Assembly: GCA_963667015.2 (NCBI GenBank)
Contig: CAXXJJ010000001.1
Coordinates: 1,664,001 to 1,728,000, forward strand
Length of the DNA: 64,000 nt
From: Desulfatiglandales bacterium
GTDB taxonomy: Bacteria > Desulfobacterota > DSM-4660 > Desulfatiglandales > HGW-15
Direction of reading: 5' to 3'
The notes beneath the pieces were generated by a model. The model saw nothing but the letters and a program-made list of their open reading frames with translations, was not told where the DNA came from and made no database searches. Of the stretch, positions 40,423 through 47,953 are shown piece by piece. A program made the translations under genes and the position numbers. Within the stretch, counting starts at the first letter, position 1. The number at the start of each line of letters is the position of its first letter.

Positions 40423-40647
40423 GATGTTTACCCGAAAATTAGAAGTAGTATTAGGTTTGTGTCAATCCAATAACTATTGTTTTTGAATTGCTGCGATCAG
40501 CCATTAGCTTTCAGCTTCTGTCCTTTTTTTTCTCTTATTTTATTGTACCTACCTGATCAGCTCCTTGAAAAAATTGTTTTCATTATTCCCCCTCTGTTAA
40601 TAATCCTCGCTTTTCCTTATGTTGTTTTCACAAAAAACAGTGTTGGG

Positions 40648-41535
40648 TTAAAAAGAACCTGATATGTTTATATCCCTTTCAATAGGTTTAACAGGCGTTA
40701 TTCCAGCCTTTGATAAAATGAGCTGTCCTTTTCTGCCTGCCAGGAATGAAATAAAGCCGGTTCCCAGACCTGTGAAAGGCTCATGTGTTATTGCATTAAC
40801 TTCCAGTAACAAATAATCCTCTGTACTTTCGTCATCCAAATATTTGTTGATACGGGTAATAATTTTAATATCTGAAAGTAAATTATCTTTATTATTGATC
40901 CGGCTTTCGTTTACCAGTCCGATTGTAAAAGGATTATTTAAAAGATAACTGATGACATCACTTGTTCGGTCAAGCACATAGGTTGAAGCCGGTGAAACCT
41001 GAGGCACTGTATTATAAATAAGCCTGTCTATATCTGAAGATCCAGGGATAATTATCCTTACAGTGGAACTGTCTTCAAAGGTTTTATCAAGCTGTTTCCA
41101 GTATTGGATTTTGCCTGAAAGAATATTTTTAATGTCTTTACATGATACAGTGCTTACAGGATTTCTTTTACCTGTTACTGCAACGATCCTGTCAAAACCT
41201 AAACTGCATGCAGTAACACTGTGCCCAAAACTTTCCTGAATATATTCTTTCTCTTTTTCAGTCAGGCTGCGGTATAAGACCGCTGTTTGAATTTTATTGG
41301 CTAAAAGCTTTTCTGTAACCGCTTTTTCAGACAGGTAAAGCGGTGTAACCGAAGCCTCGGGATAAACAGCCGTAAACACTGTGACCACGGCATCAATAGC
41401 GGGCATAAGAGATTCATCAACCCCTATTACCAGCTCGCCACCTGTTGGTCTGGATGGCTTACTGTTTTGATTATTATCCCCGCATCCGAACATAAATAAA
41501 AGCAGGCATAGAAAGATAAGTGAATTTGTTTTCAT
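40648..41535 (-). CDS. PstS-like substrate-binding lipoprotein
   Basis: Lipobox FGC; IGVDESLMP, DRIVAVT..NPV, GLGTGFISFLAGRKGQLILSKAG. Confidence 0.7.
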   Translation of the reverse strand: MKTNSLIFLCLLLFMFGCGDNNQNSKPSRPTGGELVIGVDESLMPAIDAVVTVFTAVYPEASVTPLYLSEKAVTEKLLANKIQTAVLYRSLTEKEKEYIQESFGHSVTACSLGFDRIVAVTGKRNPVSTVSCKDIKNILSGKIQYWKQLDKTFEDSSTVRIIIPGSSDIDRLIYNTVPQVSPASTYVLDRTSDVISYLLNNPFTIGLVNESRINNKDNLLSDIKIITRINKYLDDESTEDYLLLEVNAITHEPFTGLGTGFISFLAGRKGQLILSKAGITPVKPIERDINISGSF

Positions 41536-41732
41536 TCATCACCCTGTGCCTTTGAAAAAGTTCTGTAGATGCGGAATATTCCATAAAGTAGAATGACCGC
41601 ACCAAAAGCGAATCTTGCGTTCCTTGAAAAAGAATTAAAAAAATTAGTAAAAAGAATAATACCAATGGCGATATAATAAAAAGGTATTAACAGGTAAAAA
41701 AATTTGACTATTTTATTTTGTGTACTTAACAT
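41532..41732 (-). CDS. Small two-TM membrane protein
   Basis: 66 aa, FGAVILLYGIFRIYR; ATGA overlap with the PstS-like gene. Confidence 0.65.
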   Translation of the reverse strand: MLSTQNKIVKFFYLLIPFYYIAIGIILFTNFFNSFSRNARFAFGAVILLYGIFRIYRTFSKAQGDE

Positions 41733-41747
41733 AAATGTCTTCTGGTA

Positions 41748-42506
41748 CTATTTAAGAATAAACGGTATCTCAACAACATGCTTTCCGCCTGTCCTTCTCC
41801 CATTCCTGATGCCGGGAGCCCATGGAGGCATGATTTTAACCAGGCGTAACGCCTCCCTGTCGCAGAGACGATGAAGGCTTTCCAGTATTGTCGCTTCAGA
41901 TACATTTCCATGTTCATCCACTGTGAATTCAACAATGACTGTGCCTTCTATCCCCATTCGCTTTGCTGCAACCGGGTATCTGAGATTTTGAGCCAGCCAG
42001 TCCTCAAATGTTATTCCTCCGCCTCTAAAGGAAGGATTAATATCAAAGAAAGGTGCAGGCGGCCCATCCTTCACTCCTTCCGATTCTGTACTTTCCGTTT
42101 CTTCTACAGATTCTACAATTGGAGTTATTTCCTTGATCTCCTCGACCGTTACAATTTCTTCAGGCTCAATTATTTTTTCCGGTGTTACTATCGGCGGAAT
42201 ATATTTTTTAACTTCAGGCGGTTTTACAGCAGCTTTTTTAGGCGGGACATATTTTTTTTTGACCGGTGGCGGGGCAGAGAGTTCGTTATAATCGGTAATC
42301 TGCACATATTTTAAGTTATACGCTTGCGCCTTTTTCTCTTTTTTAATGTTAAGTCCGATAACTACAATAAGGAACAACAGTATAACTGACAGCGCAGAAA
42401 CAGAAAGATAAACCGGATAGTTATGCCTTAACAGGTAGGCTCCGTATGCCCTGTTCCTGTTTTCAAAAACTATCTCTTCCCAGTTGTCCTGATTTGATTT
42501 TTTCAT
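41748..42506 (-). CDS. tonB: Energy transducer TonB (Bacteroidota-type)
   Basis: WEEIVFENRNRAYGAYLLR N-terminus, TM helix, Pro-rich linker, YPVAAKRMGIEGTVIVEFTVDEHG..WAPG TonB_C. Confidence 0.88.
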   Translation of the reverse strand: MKKSNQDNWEEIVFENRNRAYGAYLLRHNYPVYLSVSALSVILLFLIVVIGLNIKKEKKAQAYNLKYVQITDYNELSAPPPVKKKYVPPKKAAVKPPEVKKYIPPIVTPEKIIEPEEIVTVEEIKEITPIVESVEETESTESEGVKDGPPAPFFDINPSFRGGGITFEDWLAQNLRYPVAAKRMGIEGTVIVEFTVDEHGNVSEATILESLHRLCDREALRLVKIMPPWAPGIRNGRRTGGKHVVEIPFILK

Positions 42507-42523
42507 TTGCCTAATTTTCAAGG

Positions 42524-43045
42524 TTATCCTTTTCCAGTATATGTTTTAAGAATATTCAAATCCTCTTCGGTGATATCAATAAGTGCATAGCGTGCGACTT
42601 CGGTTATCTCAAGCTCATCCAGAATGTTCACAAGGTTTTCGTATGTAGAATCACTGTTGGGCTTGATCAGTACTACCATTTTACTGATTTTATTGTTCTG
42701 CTCCAGAAGTAGTCGCCTGATACCTGTTTCGGAATAATCGGTTTCATGAACTTCGGGATCTGTTATTCCTATAAACCAGTAGAGTTTGTTATCACCGTCC
42801 GGTACAAGGCTTAATACCCTGTCTTCATTCACCATGGGCTGATTCATTTCAGTTTTATCTTCGGGTAAAACCAGGTCCATTACCTGAGGTTTGATAAAGG
42901 TAGTGGTAAGCATAAAAAATGTAAGCAGTAGAAAAGAAAGATCCACGACCGGTGTCATATCAACACGGGGCATTGCCTTATTGCTCTTTTTTACTACCCC
43001 TCTGTTGTTTTTGCCGTTTTCTCGGCCGTTGCTTATTTCACCCAT
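42524..43045 (-). CDS. exbD: ExbD/TolR family protein
   Basis: RVDMTPVVDLSFLLLTFFMLTTTF, STYENLVNILDE. Confidence 0.88.
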   Translation of the reverse strand: MGEISNGRENGKNNRGVVKKSNKAMPRVDMTPVVDLSFLLLTFFMLTTTFIKPQVMDLVLPEDKTEMNQPMVNEDRVLSLVPDGDNKLYWFIGITDPEVHETDYSETGIRRLLLEQNNKISKMVVLIKPNSDSTYENLVNILDELEITEVARYALIDITEEDLNILKTYTGKG

Positions 43046-43065
43046 TTTATGAGCCTTTATATCCT

Positions 43066-43668
43066 CTATCCATTATTTTTCTTTTCTGTATCAGTAATAA
43101 GGCTGAACCTGTTGATATCCAGATCCTGCATTGTATCCATAACCTTTTTGATGACAGGGTAGGGTGCAAGCCTGTCGCCTTTGATGACTATCCTTGCATT
43201 TGGGTTTGCAATCTTTGCGTATTTCAGCCATTCGGAAAGCTCATTACTGCCCGTGGCCATTGGTATCCCGGGAAATATTGTATTCTTTTTTACTTCATCA
43301 GGTATGAGGAGATACTCTTTAATCCCTGATGCCGGAACCCCAAAGCTTGCCTGATGTGAAAATAAATCCAGCTCATCCTCGGTAAGGGCAAGGTGCCATT
43401 TGGCGTTTAATATTTTTCCGATGGATCGTAATACTTTTTTTCTATCCGTCATAAAATAAACACCTCCCTCCTTTGAAATCAGAACGGTAACAATATTGGT
43501 ATCAGGCAGCTTTGAATCGGCAGTAGAGCTGGGTATTGAAACCTGTACCGGATCAGGAGGGGTAAACTGGGTCATCATCATAAAAAACGAGACCAGCAGA
43601 AAACCCAGATCCACCATTGGAGTCATGTCTATCCCGTGTTTGTAGCGCGGAGTTTTTCTGGCAGCCAT
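43066..43668 (-). CDS. exbD: ExbD/TolR family protein
   Basis: IDMTPMVDLGFLLVSFFMM, IKGDRLAPYPVIKKVMDTMQ. Confidence 0.88.
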   Translation of the reverse strand: MAARKTPRYKHGIDMTPMVDLGFLLVSFFMMMTQFTPPDPVQVSIPSSTADSKLPDTNIVTVLISKEGGVYFMTDRKKVLRSIGKILNAKWHLALTEDELDLFSHQASFGVPASGIKEYLLIPDEVKKNTIFPGIPMATGSNELSEWLKYAKIANPNARIVIKGDRLAPYPVIKKVMDTMQDLDINRFSLITDTEKKNNG

Positions 43669-43679
43669 ATTATATCAAC

Positions 43680-44519
43680 CTATTCATCAATGCGCTTATA
43701 GCTGAATGTGCGAATGATTGCCTGGCTGATTTCTGCGGTCAAAAACATTATTTTATCGATTCTTGTAGTTATATAATTATAAAGCAGTATGGAAAGCATG
43801 GAAGTGCTGATACCCAGTGCAGTACTCATCATTGCTTCGGATATTCCAGTGGCAAGACCTACTGCATCGGGTGCCCCTGCGTGGGCTAACGCCGCAAAGG
43901 CCTTTATCATGCCAAGTACTGTTCCCAGAAGTCCGGTAAGGGTTGAAATGGAAGCAATAGTCGATAGTATAATTATATTTTTTTCCAGCACAGGGATCTC
44001 CATTTCCGAGGCTTCATCCATTTCCTTCTGCAGGGCAAGGGCTTTCTGTTCAAGGGTCAGATCTTCTCTTTTTTGAACATCTTCATATCTTTCAAGTCCT
44101 GCCTTTACTACATTTGCAATGGAGCCCTGCTGCTCGTCACATGCCTCTTTAGCTGCATCAATATTAAAAGCGGAAACATGCTCCTTTATATTTAATACAA
44201 ACTCAACAGGATTTTTATTTCCCCTGGCTTTATAAAGGGTCCAGATCCTTTCGGCAAAGAATGTGAGAACTGCAAGCAGGAAGGTAATGATAACAGGCAC
44301 CGTGATACCGCCTTTATAGACCATGCCCCAGAAATCCCCGGGCAATGGATGATTTGCCGGGTTATTGTCCATAAAATGCGCGGGGTTCCCAAGGATGTAT
44401 TTATAGACAACTATACCGATTATCAGTTCAATCGGTATAACTATGGTAGCAAAAACAGTGCTGGTCTTGTGAAGGGCATATCCGGAGATTTTTTTAGCAG
44501 GTTCCTTTTGTACTTCCAT
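43680..44519 (-). CDS. exbB: MotA/TolQ/ExbB proton channel family protein
   Basis: GMVYKGG, STLTGLLGTVLGMIKAF, LATGISEAMMSTALGI. Confidence 0.88.
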   Translation of the reverse strand: MEVQKEPAKKISGYALHKTSTVFATIVIPIELIIGIVVYKYILGNPAHFMDNNPANHPLPGDFWGMVYKGGITVPVIITFLLAVLTFFAERIWTLYKARGNKNPVEFVLNIKEHVSAFNIDAAKEACDEQQGSIANVVKAGLERYEDVQKREDLTLEQKALALQKEMDEASEMEIPVLEKNIIILSTIASISTLTGLLGTVLGMIKAFAALAHAGAPDAVGLATGISEAMMSTALGISTSMLSILLYNYITTRIDKIMFLTAEISQAIIRTFSYKRIDE

Positions 44520-44700
44520 TGGCGTATATCTCCCTTATGAATAGGAAACCAATTAGTGCCTTAAAAAAGTTTATTGATGGACATTATTTATTCTTATTTC
44601 AGTGCACGGTCTTAGTGCCATTATTTAAAAAAATTTATTTTTCGATGGTAAGGTTTTTCTTATCTTTATCATAAAATACCAAAAATGATACTAAATCCGA

Positions 44701-44770
44701 TATTTATTAAAAAACCTTGCATTTGTAAATATCAAAAAAAATACATATTCACTACAGTGATAAACTGTAA
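44701..44770 (-). promoter_or_regulatory. Copy C of the conserved 50-bp operator/promoter element
   Basis: Perfect TACAGT-N5-ACTGTA (44753-44769), then TTTACA-17 nt-TAAATA on the minus strand, upstream of exbB. Confidence 0.55.
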
Positions 44771-44858
44771 TAGGTGTTGAATGTTCAACTGCCACTATAT
44801 CTTCATATTTCGTTGCTGCTATATCTTGCTGGAATGCTATGGATACCGCGCGGTGCCT

Positions 44859-44974
44859 CTTTCATGGGCAGATTTTATGGCATTGCACACCTCTCTCCCG
44901 TGAGAGATAAGTACATCCGAAAAACGTCGCCAGCGTTCTTTGGGCAGTATTTTCATTAGGCCTTCTTCAATCTT
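44859..44974 (-). pseudogene. nth: Isolated 3' fragment of an endonuclease III gene
   Basis: KIEEGLMKILPKERWRRFSDVLISHGREVCNAIKSAHER aligns to KIEEDIMKILPEDRWRRFSDILIYHGREVCNARKPDHER of the intact nth. Confidence 0.8.
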
Positions 44975-45659
44975 CCATGGATAGTTGTTCCTGAAGATCC
45001 CATCATAGCTGCAAGATTTTTTACAATCAAATGACCTGTTCCATAAATTTATGGAACAGGTGGAAAATATCTTCAAGAATCTGCCCAGGTCATTGAAATG
45101 GCGGTCTTTTTAAGAAAATGACCTTCAGATTCTGATGGACATCTCAGAGGAGATCCGGATTGTCGCAATAGATCACAATTTCAATCAGTCACAGGTTGGA
45201 AAGGCAGGCAGAAGCTGGTTAGGCTGAGGGCTGTCAGGTGTTCAATAATCTGGATAGGGGAATATTGCCGATTGCCTGAAATGTAATTCATCGGATTTTT
45301 AACTGTCAGGTATTGGGATTGTCTTAGCGGGAGACTTTCCGGTTTTTAAGCCTTTCCAAAAGGGATATAGATCAGGCCTTGGCGAGTTTTTCCAAATAGC
45401 GCCTGTCTGGAAAGGGCTCTTTACCTAAATCCTGCTGTCAAATAGGGATTTTAATCCTCGAAATACTAAAGCGTTGGTGCGGGGGAAAATTTCTCAAGGT
45501 ATCTTGATAATGCCCAAAGATAGTTCTGTATGGAATGCTTGGGGAAAAATCTAAAAAATATGACTGGGCTTAACTGAAAAATCTGCACAGAACAAGCGCG
45601 TGAGTATAATAGAGGCTCCTCAAAGTATCAATCGGCAACTTATCCCGCTGACATGATGA

Positions 45660-46061
45660 TTATCTTTGAGCGTCAAATTTCAGGCTCAGATCTTTCCATT
45701 CTAAAATTTTTTGATTGGCAGTCATCAGTATTGATGATGTTTGAAGTGCGGTGGCAACTATGAGACGGTCCGCCGGATCTCCGTGAAACCCCTGTAAACC
45801 ACCTGCACGAATGGCAATTGCCCCATCTAAAGGTATCTCATATAATCCGTTTTCAAGTAATTCCCTGCGCCAGACATCCATCTCCAGCCGCATTTCCAAT
45901 CTCCCCTTTTGTATCAGCATGGAAACCTCCCAGAAGCTGATAGCAGAAACTGCAAGGCTGCCGGCACCGAATTCCTCATCAATAAGCTGCAATGCGCTTT
46001 TTCCGAGACGCGCTCCCCTCTCATCAAGCCAGACCAATACATGTGTATCCAGAAGTATCAT
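45660..46061 (-). CDS. VapC-family PIN domain toxin
   Basis: MILLDTHVLVW, SAISFWEV, HGDPADRLIVATA. Confidence 0.9.
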   Translation of the reverse strand: MILLDTHVLVWLDERGARLGKSALQLIDEEFGAGSLAVSAISFWEVSMLIQKGRLEMRLEMDVWRRELLENGLYEIPLDGAIAIRAGGLQGFHGDPADRLIVATALQTSSILMTANQKILEWKDLSLKFDAQR

Positions 46062-46285
46062 TGTTCCACTTCCCATTGCATGTCTACTGGTTTGATCAGA
46101 TCATCCCGGCTTCGCACTTTGCCTTCATGCAATCCGAATAAACTTTGAGGTTTTGATTTATATGGAACGAGTTTTGAAATCGGCTTGCCGTTTTTCAAAA
46201 TTACGATTTCCTTGCCGCTTTCGTTAACCTCTTCCATCAGTTTGAGGCACTTTGCCTTAAAAACGGATGCGTTGATTGTTTGCAT
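46058..46285 (-). CDS. Phd/YefM family antitoxin
   Basis: INASVFKAKCLKLMEEV..IVILKNGKPISKLVP; ATGA overlap with the toxin. Confidence 0.9.
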   Translation of the reverse strand: MQTINASVFKAKCLKLMEEVNESGKEIVILKNGKPISKLVPYKSKPQSLFGLHEGKVRSRDDLIKPVDMQWEVEQ

Positions 46286-46301
46286 ATGAAACTCCTTTTT
46301 T

Positions 46302-46342
46302 TGACTTTAATTAACTATAGTCAGATCCATGGTCATTTTCAA
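46302..46342 (-). promoter_or_regulatory. Sigma70 promoter of the Phd-VapC operon with overlapping inverted repeat
   Basis: Minus-strand TTGAAA-17 nt-TATAGT; TGACT...AGTCA inverted repeat across the -10 region. Confidence 0.6.
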
Positions 46343-46415
46343 GTGGAAAATCGAGTGTAGTACATAGGGATTGATCTCGGATGGAACATTACTGATAGCT
46401 GAAGGCCCTCATAAT

Positions 46416-47057
46416 TCATATTTTATTAGAAGGGCAGAGGTCTGCTACTATACACCTTTCATGGTCCGGCTTCCTGGCATTACAGACCTCTCTGCCATGA
46501 TATATAAGGATGTCCGAAAAACGTCTCCATCTATCTTCCGGTAATATTTTCATGATATCTTCTTCAATCTTGTCAGGATTGCTGTTTTCGGTAAAACCCA
46601 TCCTTATGGACAGTCTTTTAACGTGGGTATCAACAACCACGCCCGGTATACCAAACGTTGCACCCAGCACACAGTTGGCGGTCTTCCTTCCCACTCCCGG
46701 AAGTTTTATCATTTCTTCAAGGGTTCCGGGAACCTTTCCGCCATATAGATCAACCAGTCCCTGGCAGCAGCCTTTTATTGATTTGGTTTTATTCCTGAAA
46801 AAACCAGTGGATCTGATGGCTTCTTCGATTTCAGATATTGGAGCCTTGATAAAGTCAGCAGGAGTTTTGTATTTTTTAAACAGGGCAGGCGTAACTGTGT
46901 TTACCTGTTTATCTGTACACTGTGCAGAAAGTATTGTTGCAATTAGCAGCTGGAATGGTGTTTTATATTTAAGAGCTGTTTTTTCCATGGTATAAAGGGG
47001 ATCGAGGCGGTCAAAAATTTTTACTGCCCTGGATTTTTTACTTTTCATGCTTTCCAT
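46416..47057 (-). CDS. nth: Endonuclease III
   Basis: LLIATILSAQCTDKQVN, LPGVGRKTAN HhH motif, VDTHV, C-terminal Fe-S motif (CNARKPDHERCIVADLC, one Cys replaced by His). Confidence 0.95.
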   Translation of the reverse strand: MESMKSKKSRAVKIFDRLDPLYTMEKTALKYKTPFQLLIATILSAQCTDKQVNTVTPALFKKYKTPADFIKAPISEIEEAIRSTGFFRNKTKSIKGCCQGLVDLYGGKVPGTLEEMIKLPGVGRKTANCVLGATFGIPGVVVDTHVKRLSIRMGFTENSNPDKIEEDIMKILPEDRWRRFSDILIYHGREVCNARKPDHERCIVADLCPSNKI

Positions 47058-47154
47058 CTAACATATATCCTTTCAAGTACAGGGTATTGGCATTAAAGGC
47101 TCATATTTTAAAAAAAGATATCGTATAAATAATATTTAACCAAGGAAAAACCAT

Positions 47155-47910
47155 ATGAGAATATATAAAAAAAATAGATGTATTATACAAGCTTTACAGG
47201 CTATCTGTTTTTTTGCAGTGATATTTTATCTTGGTTCCTGTAAAATAGTACCCAATGCCCATACCGCAGATCATATCAGCAGCCAGGGAGCAAAGAGTCC
47301 GGACAAAAAAACAGATCAAAAGGGGATTAAAATGGTCGAAAGAGGTCAGCTGACAAAGGAGGAGGGAGAGTATCTTCTCTCTCTTGCAAGAAAAACCATT
47401 GAGGCAAAGCTTTTTAGCAGAGACTTGCCTGAAGACAAAAATAACCTTACTGAAAAATATCTTGAGAAACGCGGGACATTTGTGACTCTTACAATCAACA
47501 GTAACCTCAGGGGTTGTATAGGTCATATTATACCTCAGGAATCTCTGATAGAAGGCATAAGGATCAACGCATTAAACGCAGCCTTTGAGGATCCCCGCTT
47601 TCCCCCGCTTTCTAAAAAGGAGTGGGATAAGGTCAGGGTGGAAATCAGTATCCTGACCGAGCCTGAACATCTTGAATACTCCGATTCTGATGATCTTCTT
47701 AAAAAACTGAGACCGGGTATTGATGGAGTTATCCTGAAAAAGGGGTATGCCCAGGCTACTTTTCTTCCTCAGGTCTGGGATCAGCTTCCTGATAAGGAGG
47801 AGTTCCTGACTCACCTTTGTATGAAGGCCGGCTTGAATGGAGGTGATTGGAAAAAGGGCGATCTCACGGTCTATACCTACCAGGTTCAGGCCTTTGAAGA
47901 AGAGCATTAA
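47155..47910 (+). CDS. AmmeMemoRadiSam system protein A (AMMECR1 family)
   Basis: GTFVTL..LRGCIG, AAFEDPRFPPL, EISILT, ATFLPQVW, LCMKAG; alternative start at 47332. Confidence 0.9.
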   Translation: MRIYKKNRCIIQALQAICFFAVIFYLGSCKIVPNAHTADHISSQGAKSPDKKTDQKGIKMVERGQLTKEEGEYLLSLARKTIEAKLFSRDLPEDKNNLTEKYLEKRGTFVTLTINSNLRGCIGHIIPQESLIEGIRINALNAAFEDPRFPPLSKKEWDKVRVEISILTEPEHLEYSDSDDLLKKLRPGIDGVILKKGYAQATFLPQVWDQLPDKEEFLTHLCMKAGLNGGDWKKGDLTVYTYQVQAFEEEH

Positions 47911-47953
47911 ATCATTTAAAATGTATCCAAATCCATAAAACAGTCAAGGTCCG

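Noticed and set aside
22930..40486. Repeated plus-strand ORFs (e.g. 24712-25242, 34118-34648, 37595-38143)
   Set aside because: Antisense shadows of the duplicated minus-strand genes; their recurrence is explained by the duplication.
44837..45076. 79-aa ORF as a real gene
   Set aside because: A chimera of non-coding sequence and the nth 3' fragment; annotated as a pseudogene fragment.
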